64,000 nucleotides of DNA from Candidatus Kerfeldbacteria bacterium. GTDB lineage: Bacteria > Patescibacteriota > Patescibacteriia > UBA9570. The notes under the pieces are model-generated. The model was not told where the DNA came from and searched no databases. It worked only from the letters and a program-made list of their open reading frames with translations. The stretch covers positions 11,092 to 75,091 of the forward strand of contig JACPGK010000022.1 of assembly GCA_016182495.1 (NCBI GenBank), written 5' to 3'. Of this stretch, positions 41,059 through 50,748 are shown piece by piece. The position numbers and the translations under genes are program-made. Each line of letters begins with the position of its first letter. Position 1 is the first letter of the stretch.

Positions 41059-42651
41059 ATGCAACGCGCTTGCGTTCAGTGTCATCAATCCTTCGCAGTG
41101 TTTGAGCGCGATCAAATATATTATCAACAGCTCGGCGTACCTACTCCAACCAAGTGTCCACAATGTCGCTTTCAATTACGCCTGTCGTTTCGGAATGAGC
41201 GTTTTTTGTATCAACGCAACTGCCAGCTTTGCCATCAACCAACGTTATCTCAATATGCAACAGATAAACCATATACAATATATTGTCGCCAGTGTTGGTG
41301 GTCTGATCAATGGGATCCGCTAGATTTTGGCCAAGTGATTGATTGGAACCGATCGTTTTTTGAACAATTCGCAGAGGTAAAACTACAGGTGCCGCGCTTG
41401 GGGTTACTCAATGATGCGGACAGTGAAAATAGTGATTTTTGCAACCGCGTAAACAAACTGAAAAATTGCTATATGATTTTTGACGCCGTTGCTAATGAGA
41501 GCTGCATTTACGGTTCCGGCATGTATGGCAATAAAGATAGTGTTGATTGTGATTATTGTGATCGCGTTGAGCTGTGTTATGACTGTAGCTATTGCACAGA
41601 CAGTTATGGTTTACGTTATAGCCGCGACAGCGTGAATTGTCGTGATAGTGCGCTATTAGTTGATTGTGTGGGCGTTTCCAATAGTTTGATGTGTGTCGGT
41701 TTACGCAATGTCCAATATTGTTATAAAAACAAACAACTAACCCAAGCCGAATTCCAAACCGTTTGGAATAATTCTAATTTTGATAAAATTGAATTTGAGC
41801 AATTTGCCCTAACAATTCCGCGGCGGTATTACCAAGGCGTTCACAATGACGATAGTAGTGGCGATCATTTAGTGAACACCCATGCCGTCCTAAATTCATT
41901 TCAAGTACGTGATAGTGAAAATTGTGGGTACTGCTATGGAGTACATCATGCTAAGGATTCCTATGACTATACGATTTGGGGTGAACAGGCTGAATTAATG
42001 TATGAAGATCATGCTTGCGGCGGGCAATGTTCAAAAATTTGGTTTGGAAACGTGGTGTGGTACGGCCATGATACTTTGTATTGCGACCATTGTTTAAACG
42101 GGGCAATTAATTGTTTTGGTTGTGTTGGTCTTAAGAATCAGCAAAATTGTATTTTAAACAAACAATACTCACCAGACGAGTATCAGCAATTAAGCCAACG
42201 TTTGATTGAGCAGATGCGTTTAACCGGAGAATATGGTCATTTTTTTCCAGCCAGCTTGAGCGATTTTTGTTATAATGAAACTATGGCCCAGGAATTTTTT
42301 CCCTTAACCAAACAACAAGCCTTGGCCAGTGGTTGGCAATGGCAAGATCATTTACCTGGTAGTTACGGCCAGGCTGATTTGGCGAAGCAGATTTATACTT
42401 GTGCAGCATGCACTAAAAATTTTCGTTTAATTGCTCCTGAATTAAAATTTTATCAGCAGCAAGGCATTCCCTTGCCAATCCGTTGCCCAGATTGTCGCCA
42501 TGCCGAGCGCATGAAATATCGTTCACCGTATCAATTATATAATCGTCAGTGTATGAAACCAGGTTGCCCGAATCATTTCCAAACAGCCTATGGTCCAGAT
42601 CGGCCGGAAATTATATATTGCGAGGACTGTTATCAGAAAGAGATGTATTAA
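41059..42651 (+). CDS. Cys-rich zinc-ribbon/repeat protein, paralog 1
   Basis: CxxC...CPxCR..RN-R-LY modules at both ends, Cys-repeat core, GEYG-FFP. Confidence 0.85.
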   Translation: MQRACVQCHQSFAVFERDQIYYQQLGVPTPTKCPQCRFQLRLSFRNERFLYQRNCQLCHQPTLSQYATDKPYTIYCRQCWWSDQWDPLDFGQVIDWNRSFFEQFAEVKLQVPRLGLLNDADSENSDFCNRVNKLKNCYMIFDAVANESCIYGSGMYGNKDSVDCDYCDRVELCYDCSYCTDSYGLRYSRDSVNCRDSALLVDCVGVSNSLMCVGLRNVQYCYKNKQLTQAEFQTVWNNSNFDKIEFEQFALTIPRRYYQGVHNDDSSGDHLVNTHAVLNSFQVRDSENCGYCYGVHHAKDSYDYTIWGEQAELMYEDHACGGQCSKIWFGNVVWYGHDTLYCDHCLNGAINCFGCVGLKNQQNCILNKQYSPDEYQQLSQRLIEQMRLTGEYGHFFPASLSDFCYNETMAQEFFPLTKQQALASGWQWQDHLPGSYGQADLAKQIYTCAACTKNFRLIAPELKFYQQQGIPLPIRCPDCRHAERMKYRSPYQLYNRQCMKPGCPNHFQTAYGPDRPEIIYCEDCYQKEMY

Positions 42652-42652
42652 T

Positions 42653-44092
42653 ATGATCAAGCAATGTGCCCAGTGCAGTAAAACCTTCCAGATTGATAGC
42701 AGTGATCAGGATTTTTATAAACGAATGCAGGTGCCAGTCCCAAAGCTGTGTCCGAATTGTCGTCAACAACGGCGCCTAGCTTGGCGCAATGAACGTAGTT
42801 TGTATCCAGGAACTTGCCAGCATTGTCGTAAGCCTCTGATTTCACTGTATTCACCGAACAAACCGTATACAATTTATTGTCAGGATTGTTGGTTATCTGA
42901 TCAGTGGGATCCTTTTGATTACGCTCGAGATTATAACCCCAAACAATCTTTTTTTGAGCAAGTCAGGGAATTGCAATTGGTTGTTCCGCGCATGGCTATC
43001 ACTATCCGAAATTGTGAAAACAGGATTGCATGGATTTTATCATGCCGTATCAATGTCAATTATGCTACGAAGTGATTGAATGCAGCGATTGTTACCACTG
43101 TTTATTTTCCCAGCGCTGTGCCAATTGCCGAGATTGCTATTTTTCCTATAATTGTCGTAGTTGCCATGATTGTTTTGGTTGCATCAATTTGCGTAATAAG
43201 CAATATTGTTGGTTTAATCAACAACTCACCGAGGCTGAATATAAAGGCCGATTACAAAACATAGCATGGACTCACCAAACCATTGCCGACTATCGTTTAC
43301 AATTCGCTCAATTAAAATTGACTCAACCACATCTGGCCAGTGAACAAATTCATTGCGAAGCTAGTACTGGCGATTTAATGAAAGGATGTAATCATACCGA
43401 GTATGGTTTTGATGTTTACGATCAAGAACACACATCATATGTCTTTGATGTTCGCGAGACCAAAGATAGCCATGATTTATTCATCGGCGGATTTGGTAAT
43501 GAATTAACCTATGAATGTCATAGTGCCTTGCAAACGCAACACGGTGTCAGTTTGAATGTTTGCTGGGATGGTAATTATAATCTGTATTATTGCGATCACT
43601 GTTTTACCTCACATGATTTATTTGGTTGTATTGGATTACGTCAGCAGCAGTTTTGTATTTTAAATACACAGTATAGTGCAGTTGACTATAAAAAAATTAC
43701 ACGACAAATCATCGCCGATATGACACAAACGGGGGAGTGGGGAGAATTTTTTCCAATCTCTTTATCACCATTTGCCTACAATGAAACAGTAGCGCAAGAA
43801 TATTTTTCATTAACTGAAGCAGCCATTAAGGCCAATGGGTGGCAATGGCAGTCAATGTCGAAAAAATTATCGAATTGTGCCAACTGAACTGGCATATTAT
43901 CGGCAATTTGGTGTACCAATTCCACAACTGTGTCCACAGTGCCGACACTTGGCGAGAATGAAAATGCGTAATCCGCGACAGTTGTGGCAACGTCATTGTG
44001 CCAAATGTGCTGCCATGGTTACAACAACCTATGCACCTGATCGGCCGGAAATTATATATTGTCAAGATTGTTATCAGCAGGCGGTGTATTAG
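42653..44092 (+). pseudogene. Cys-rich paralog 2, two internal deletions with frameshifts
   Basis: Three collinear ORF pieces with breaks near 43020 and 43850; segments present in paralogs are missing. Confidence 0.8.
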
Positions 44093-44127
44093 ATCTCATC
44101 CCCCGCCCCTCATTTTATTCGGGACAC

Positions 44128-44151
44128 CCCCTTCTCTTGCAAGAGAAGGGG
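44128..44151. repeat. REP-like perfect palindrome
   Basis: CCCCTTCTCTTG|CAAGAGAAGGGG. Confidence 0.9.
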
Positions 44152-44258
44152 CTATGGTAACAATAATTACTGTCTAAGACGCGTCTATTGCCAAAGGAAG
44201 GTTTCCATGCTACGCTTGTTTAGCGTCCTAGTTTGGGCGCATTTTATTTATTATAAAA

Positions 44259-44669
44259 ATGTTAGCGAAAAATAAGATACCCCCAGAGATTAATTTTCAA
44301 AAGAAATTACATTATATTTCTCGTAAATTACGCGCTCACTCAACCGCAGCAGAGAAATATTTGTGGCAATTTTTACGAAGGAAACAAATATTAGGTTTAA
44401 GGTTTTTACGGCAACATCCAATTGATCGCTTTATAGTCGATTTTGTTTGTTATCGTTTTAAGATTATTATAGAAGTAGATGGTCCAATACATTTAATTCA
44501 TCAAGGCAGAGACAAACAACGAGACGAAAGGTTACAGCAATATGGTTATGTAATATTGCGTTTTAGTAATGATCAAGTTTTACATGAAATTAATAGCGTA
44601 TTAGCTATAATTAAACAACAAACCCTCTCTTCCCTTGTAAGGGAAGAGAGCAGGAGAGATGGGATCTAA
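44259..44669 (+). CDS. DUF559 / Vsr-like endonuclease
   Basis: LR...TAAEKYLW, FLRQHPI, FIVDF, IEVDG..H, DKQRDERL, ILRFSN. Confidence 0.9.
   Translation: MLAKNKIPPEINFQKKLHYISRKLRAHSTAAEKYLWQFLRRKQILGLRFLRQHPIDRFIVDFVCYRFKIIIEVDGPIHLIHQGRDKQRDERLQQYGYVILRFSNDQVLHEINSVLAIIKQQTLSSLVREESRRDGI
44625..44650. repeat. REP-like palindrome
   Basis: CTCTCTTCCCTT GT AAGGGAAGAGAG. Confidence 0.9.
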
Positions 44670-44798
44670 AGTAGTATCTAAATTAAGTTTACATCTCATC
44701 TATTTTTTTTGGCTAACATTAGATTCAATATTAAGCTCAAACAATAAAAATCTAAAACACTTTGACTACGTTTGGCGGTGAAGTATACTAATGTTTAT

Positions 44799-46508
44799 AT
44801 GACAAAACAATGTAAACAGTGCAGCAAGACATTTCAAATTAGTAGTGATGATCAAACGTTTTATCAAAAAATATCAGTGCCTGAACCAACTTTATGTCCT
44901 GATTGTCGATCACAACGGCGGTTAGTGTGGCGCAATGAACGTAGTTTATACTCCCGACAATGTGATTTGTGTCATAAACCTATCATCTCACTCTACCGTG
45001 CTAACAGCCCTTACACAGTGTACTGTTATGCTTGTTGGTATTCTGATCAATGGAATGGATCCGACTACGCTCGCGAGATCGATTGGCAGAGATCGTTTTT
45101 TGATCAGTTTAAAGAATTACAGTTACGGGTACCGCGCCTATCTGCTTTTATGGTAAACAACGAAAATTGCGAATATACCAACGGCACACTGGGTTGTAAA
45201 GATTGTTACATGATTTTTGCTAGCGATCATAATGAAAACTGTATGTATTCATACGGTATTTTTAGCAGTGTGACTACACTAGATGTATTAAGCGGAAAAA
45301 ATTGTGAATTATGTTATGACTGTATTGGTTGCACTAATTGTTTTAATGTACGGTATTCTGAAGATGCCAGTAACTGTAATACTGCTTATTTTTTGTTGGA
45401 TTGTAAAGGTTGTGGTGATTGTTTTATGTCGTATGGTTTACACAACCGTAATTATGTTTGGAAAAATGAACAATTAACAGAGGCTGAATATAAAGAACGC
45501 TTAGCCAAAACTCAACTAGGTAGCACGCAAACCATTAAACGTTTAAAAGCAGATTTTAAAGAATTAAAAAAGAAACATACTTTTAAATATTATCACGGTC
45601 AAAATAATGATAATTTTTCCGGAGATTACTTAGAGCGCTGCCATAATACCTGGCAATCATTTGAATGTTACGAGATTGATAACTGTAAATTTATTACGCA
45701 TGGCAATCAAATTAAAGATTGCTACGATGGTTATATGAACGTCGATCAGTGTGAGCTTGGTTATGAATTAGTCGGTTCGGTTGGGGCCTACAACACTAAA
45801 TTTGCTGCTGCCTGCTATACCGGCTCATATTCCTATTACATTGATTCCTGTAAACAAGTGAAAAATGTGTTTGGGTGCATTGGTTTGCAAAATCAGCAAT
45901 ATTGTATCTTGAATAAACAATATTCTGAACAAGAGTATTGTATTACGCGCGATAAATTAATTAAGCAGATGTCCGCAATCGGTGAGTATGGTGAATTTTT
46001 TCCGGTCAGCTGCTCGCCTTTTACCTATAATGAAACTGCCGCTATGGATTCATTTCCGTTAAGTCAAACCGATGTAGTCAATCGAGGTTGGAATTGGCAC
46101 ACACCACCTGATAAACAACAGCGTTTCAGCAGCTATCGTTTGCCAGATACGATTGATAAAGTGGAAGATGATGTATTGGAAAATTTTCTCACCTGCGAAC
46201 AGTGTCAAACTTTTTATAAAATTATTCCAGCAGAATTACGCTTGTATCGCGAGCACATCATCCCCGTCCCACGGCAGTGTTTTAATTGTCGCCACGCTGG
46301 CCGATTGCAACAACATACTCAACGGTCTTTATGGCAACGCCAATGTATGTGTACCCGCCCGCCAGGGCAAGCCGCAGGCGTTGCGGGCGCGGCCCAACCC
46401 GAACATGGCCATGGTGGTTTGTGTCAGAACAATTTTGAAACGGCCTATAGCACTGATAGTATTACTATCGTATACTGTGAGGATTGTTATAATAAGACTA
46501 TAGTATAA
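44799..46508 (+). CDS. Cys-rich paralog 3
   Basis: MTKQCKQC start; same architecture; 13-aa palindrome-derived insertion near the C-terminus. Confidence 0.85.
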   Translation: MTKQCKQCSKTFQISSDDQTFYQKISVPEPTLCPDCRSQRRLVWRNERSLYSRQCDLCHKPIISLYRANSPYTVYCYACWYSDQWNGSDYAREIDWQRSFFDQFKELQLRVPRLSAFMVNNENCEYTNGTLGCKDCYMIFASDHNENCMYSYGIFSSVTTLDVLSGKNCELCYDCIGCTNCFNVRYSEDASNCNTAYFLLDCKGCGDCFMSYGLHNRNYVWKNEQLTEAEYKERLAKTQLGSTQTIKRLKADFKELKKKHTFKYYHGQNNDNFSGDYLERCHNTWQSFECYEIDNCKFITHGNQIKDCYDGYMNVDQCELGYELVGSVGAYNTKFAAACYTGSYSYYIDSCKQVKNVFGCIGLQNQQYCILNKQYSEQEYCITRDKLIKQMSAIGEYGEFFPVSCSPFTYNETAAMDSFPLSQTDVVNRGWNWHTPPDKQQRFSSYRLPDTIDKVEDDVLENFLTCEQCQTFYKIIPAELRLYREHIIPVPRQCFNCRHAGRLQQHTQRSLWQRQCMCTRPPGQAAGVAGAAQPEHGHGGLCQNNFETAYSTDSITIVYCEDCYNKTIV

Positions 46509-46531
46509 TTTGCAATGATCAATTTAACTCT

Positions 46532-48112
46532 ATGTCTATTTGTCAAACCTGCCAAACCAATTTTACCATCACCAGTAATGATCAGCTATTTTATGACAAA
46601 GTAAAAGCACCGTTACCAGTACAATGTCCGCAATGCCGCTTGCAGAAACGCTTAGCGTATCGTAATGAACGCAGCTTGTTTAGCAGCATTTGCGGTTTGT
46701 GTCATAAAAATATTTTGTCATTATATAATCCAGCTGATCAGTTCACCGTGTATTGCAACGATTGTTGGTGGTCAGATAAATGGGAACCAACCAATTATGG
46801 CCGCGCCATTGATTGGTCGCGTTCCCTGATTGAGCAGTGGAATGAAGTACGCCGAGCGGTACCGCGTTTAGCTTTGGTGAGCTTGAATAGTGAAAACTCT
46901 GATTACACGAACATGTCATCGGATAATAAAAATTGTTATTTATTATTCGCGGCCGAAAATAATGAAAATTGTTCCTATGGTAAATTAGTGCAAAAATGCA
47001 AGGATTGTTTCGATTGTAGTTTTATTTACGATTCTGAATTGTGTTACGGCTGTGTGAATATTCGTAATTGTTATCACAGTATTTATTTGCAAGATTGTCA
47101 GGATTCGCGGGATTGCGGTTTTTCGATTGGTTTGCGCGGTTGCAGTAATGTTTGGTTCAGTGCAAATTTGCACAATAAAGAATATTATATTGCTAATCAG
47201 TCGGTGCCACCAGCTGAATTCCAGCAACGGGTGCAAGTTTTAACAGCTGATGCCGTCGCGTTAAAAAAAAGTTATCAAACTTGGCGAGAATTAAATAAAG
47301 ACAGGATTGTAAAATATGCTCACAACATTAAAAGTGACGGCTGTACCGGCGATAGTTTAACCGACTGTAAACGTATCTATGACAGTTTTGATGTTACCGG
47401 CGGTCAGGACTGTGCGTATATGACCGATGCCTTAGAGTCGCGAGATTGTTATGATGCATCGTTTATTTATTATAAGCCAGAATTAGTGTACGATAGTTTG
47501 AGTATGTTGCAGTGTTATAATGTGCAATATTCCGTGTTTACGTTTTATACATCAGACAGCCAGTATTGCGATCAAGTGCACAATTCAAAAAATATCATGT
47601 TGTCATCCTGTTTACGTAATAAACAATTTGTAATTCTAAATAAACAATACAGCCAAGCAGAATATGAAGTCCTGCTGCCAAAAGTGATTGCCGCCATGAC
47701 TACAGTAAGTGATTATGGTCAACTACCACCAGCTGAACATAGTTTATTTGCCTACAATGATACTGTAGCCCAAGAATATTTTCCGTTAACCAAACAACAA
47801 GCACTGGCGGCTGGGTATCGTTGGAATAATGCCGCGGATGAACGAATACACAAACCATTTAAGCTTACTCAATCAGAATCAGTTTTTTATCAAACCATGA
47901 ATTTACCAGAACCAACTGAACATCCTGAATTACGTCATCGGGCGCGCATGGCTTTACGCAATCCTCGTCAGTTGTGGCAACGACCATGCCAGTGTACCCA
48001 AACAAATCATAATCATGCTACTACTTGCCCAGAAGTGTTTTTAACTAGTTATAGTACTGATCGTCCTGAACAGGTGTATTGTGAGCGGTGTTATCAACAA
48101 ACCGTCATTTAA
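46532..48112 (+). CDS. Cys-rich paralog 4
   Basis: Same architecture; the C-terminal zinc-ribbon Cys pairs are lost (CPxC replaced by HPEL). Confidence 0.85.
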   Translation: MSICQTCQTNFTITSNDQLFYDKVKAPLPVQCPQCRLQKRLAYRNERSLFSSICGLCHKNILSLYNPADQFTVYCNDCWWSDKWEPTNYGRAIDWSRSLIEQWNEVRRAVPRLALVSLNSENSDYTNMSSDNKNCYLLFAAENNENCSYGKLVQKCKDCFDCSFIYDSELCYGCVNIRNCYHSIYLQDCQDSRDCGFSIGLRGCSNVWFSANLHNKEYYIANQSVPPAEFQQRVQVLTADAVALKKSYQTWRELNKDRIVKYAHNIKSDGCTGDSLTDCKRIYDSFDVTGGQDCAYMTDALESRDCYDASFIYYKPELVYDSLSMLQCYNVQYSVFTFYTSDSQYCDQVHNSKNIMLSSCLRNKQFVILNKQYSQAEYEVLLPKVIAAMTTVSDYGQLPPAEHSLFAYNDTVAQEYFPLTKQQALAAGYRWNNAADERIHKPFKLTQSESVFYQTMNLPEPTEHPELRHRARMALRNPRQLWQRPCQCTQTNHNHATTCPEVFLTSYSTDRPEQVYCERCYQQTVI

Positions 48113-48263
48113 TTTTCAAAGCCCACCTTAGAGGCTGATCATTACTTTGTAGTATAAATCAGGTTGACATCTTTGCATTTTTTTATTACCTTACCTTAGC
48201 CTAAATAATAACTTTTCAACAGTAAAAATATAAGGTCGTTTGACCACGGTACGCAATACACTT

Positions 48264-49052
48264 ATGCTTACTACGAAATTAAAGAAAGATCTTTTACAAC
48301 TTGGTTTAAGTGACAACGAGATTAAATTCTATGTGGCTGGTTTAGAACTGGGCTTAGCCACTGTCCCACAAATTGCCCAGCGTGCTGGTTTATCACGCAT
48401 GAGCGGTTACAATATTTATAAAAGTTTGAATCAGCAAGGCTTAGCCGAAATGGACGTGCGCAATTACGGCCAAAAATGCAAAGTCGCCAAACCGGCAAAA
48501 TTATTGACGCTGTATGAGCAAAAAACCCGCCAACTTGATAAACTGGCTACTGACTTGCCGAATTTAATTGGAGAGCTCAATGTGCTGTATGCTAGTGTGC
48601 CGGAAGATTTAGAGATTCATTATTATCGCAGCAAAGATGCCATTATGAAAGTGTGGGATGAAGCACTCACCAACACTAAGAAAGGCGATGATATTTTGAC
48701 GATTGCAGCAGTTGATTTTGCGCCCACGCTCGGTGCACATTTTGTTGAGTATATAGAAGAATTAGCGTTACGCTGTCAAGAAAAAGGCATTCATCATAAG
48801 TTGATTCTTGAACAAACCGGTTCTTATTCCTATGATCGTAAACTATTGCAAAAAATATTTCCAAAATCAATCATGATGAAGTTAGGGGCGACGGTTGAAC
48901 AGATGGTCTATGCTGATTACGCCGCTTTCATTTTTCCCGGCAAAGAATTATTCGCTATCACTATTCATAGCAAAGAATTAGCCAATCACTTTTCAAGAAT
49001 ATTTTATACCCTGTGGAATACGGTACATGCAACGACAATGCGTACAATGTAG
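48264..49052 (+). CDS. TrmB-family HTH transcriptional regulator
   Basis: LGLSDNEIKFY..LELG, IAQRAGLSR..Y..L..QGL; overlaps the next gene by 26 bp. Confidence 0.8.
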   Translation: MLTTKLKKDLLQLGLSDNEIKFYVAGLELGLATVPQIAQRAGLSRMSGYNIYKSLNQQGLAEMDVRNYGQKCKVAKPAKLLTLYEQKTRQLDKLATDLPNLIGELNVLYASVPEDLEIHYYRSKDAIMKVWDEALTNTKKGDDILTIAAVDFAPTLGAHFVEYIEELALRCQEKGIHHKLILEQTGSYSYDRKLLQKIFPKSIMMKLGATVEQMVYADYAAFIFPGKELFAITIHSKELANHFSRIFYTLWNTVHATTMRTM

Positions 49053-50688
49053 CAAAACGTTTCGGATCGAAGATCAAGATCTTGAGTTTTATGAAAAAAT
49101 ATCTGTACCACCACCCACGTTATGTCCGGATTGTCGCCAGCAACGCCGCTTAGCTTGGCGCAATGAGCGCAACTTATATGAGCGAACATGTAGTCTATGT
49201 CACCAAACTATTATTTCAATGTATCGGCCAGACACACCGTACACTATCTATTGCCAACCGTGCTGGTGGAGTGATCGTTGGGAATCCACCGATTACGCTC
49301 AAGCATATAATCCTCAAGGTAGTTTTTTTGAACAATTTTCTGAATTACAACGTCAGGTACCACGAGTTGCCTTGGCAAATAATAATTCCGAAAATTCACC
49401 CTATTGTAATTTTGGAGATGGTAACAAAAATTGCTATTTAGTCACCAGTTGTAATTACAATGAAGATTGTTTTTATGGTTTTTGGATGGTCAACAATAGT
49501 GATTGTGGAGATTTAGCCTATGCCATGGATAATCGGATGTGTTATGAACTAGTGGATTGCAATAACTGCAATCAAGTACGTTACAGTCAGGATTGTCGCG
49601 ATTGTAATGAAGCTTGGTTATTGTATGACTGTGCTGGCTGTTCGAATTGTTTTGGTTGTACCAATTTACGGATGAAACAATATTATATTTTTAATAAACC
49701 GTATGCGCCGGATGCATATACTAAGCTCGTACAACAGTACACTCAAGATCGAGCTCATTTCAATGAAGCGCTTAAGCAATTTTCTGATTTAAAGAAAAAA
49801 TCAATTCAAAAATATACCAAAGGTACTAATAATAGTAACGTTACCGGCGGTGGTATTAGAAATTCGCATAATGCTAAATACTGTTTTGAAGTGGTTGAAG
49901 TAGTTGATAGCGCCTATGTCTTCGATGGTTTGCGCGCTAAAGATTGCTATGATTTAGCTTTTTTTGATGAAACAGAATTATGCTATGAATGCCACAGCGT
50001 GATTGGTTATAACATGCAGTTTAGTACCATGTGTCGGACATCACCTGATACGCAATATTCTGATAGCTGTCATAATTGCAAAAATGTATTCGGTTGCGTT
50101 GGCTTGCGTAATAAACAATTTCATATTTTGAATAAAGCGTATTCTAAATCAGCCTATCAAAAATTACGTGCCAGTATTATTAATGATATGACAATAGCTG
50201 GTGAGTATGGTGAATTTTTCCCAGTCAACTACTCTTTCTTTAGTTATAATGAAACACTAGCACAAGATTTTTATCCATTAACAAAAAAGCATGCCGCGGT
50301 ATTCGGATGGAACTGGTTTGATGCACTTACCAAAGTCATCACCGAACCTATTAGTGTAGTTCCAGATGATATTAGGCTCGTGTCTGATGATGTTGTTCAA
50401 GCAGTGTTTACTTGTAAGCAATGTCAACGACGTTTTAAAATTATTCCACAGGAGTTATCACTCTATCGCCGCTTAGGTGTACAATTACCGCAATATTGTT
50501 TTGTTTGTCGGCAACAACAGCGTGAGCAACTGCGTAATCCGTGGAAATTATTCAGGCGTCAATGTATGTGCACGCAGACCAGCCATGGTCATCAAGGGCG
50601 CTGTGTAACCGAATTTGAAACCAACTATGCACCATCGAGTACAGCCATTATTTATTGTGAGCATTGTTACCAAAAAGAGATATTTTAA
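49027..50688 (+). CDS. Cys-rich paralog 5
   Basis: Same architecture. Confidence 0.85.
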   Translation: MQRQCVQCSKTFRIEDQDLEFYEKISVPPPTLCPDCRQQRRLAWRNERNLYERTCSLCHQTIISMYRPDTPYTIYCQPCWWSDRWESTDYAQAYNPQGSFFEQFSELQRQVPRVALANNNSENSPYCNFGDGNKNCYLVTSCNYNEDCFYGFWMVNNSDCGDLAYAMDNRMCYELVDCNNCNQVRYSQDCRDCNEAWLLYDCAGCSNCFGCTNLRMKQYYIFNKPYAPDAYTKLVQQYTQDRAHFNEALKQFSDLKKKSIQKYTKGTNNSNVTGGGIRNSHNAKYCFEVVEVVDSAYVFDGLRAKDCYDLAFFDETELCYECHSVIGYNMQFSTMCRTSPDTQYSDSCHNCKNVFGCVGLRNKQFHILNKAYSKSAYQKLRASIINDMTIAGEYGEFFPVNYSFFSYNETLAQDFYPLTKKHAAVFGWNWFDALTKVITEPISVVPDDIRLVSDDVVQAVFTCKQCQRRFKIIPQELSLYRRLGVQLPQYCFVCRQQQREQLRNPWKLFRRQCMCTQTSHGHQGRCVTEFETNYAPSSTAIIYCEHCYQKEIF

Positions 50689-50692
50689 TTTA

Positions 50693-50742
50693 GATTCCTC
50701 CCCAACCCCTCCCTTGCAAGGGAGGGGCGAAGGGGAGAGATC
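50693..50742. repeat. solo REP-like element
   Basis: Perfect palindrome CCCCTCCCTTG|CAAGGGAGGGG (50706-50727) within GATTCCTCCCC...GGGGAGAGATC. Confidence 0.85.
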
Positions 50743-50748
50743 AAAAGT

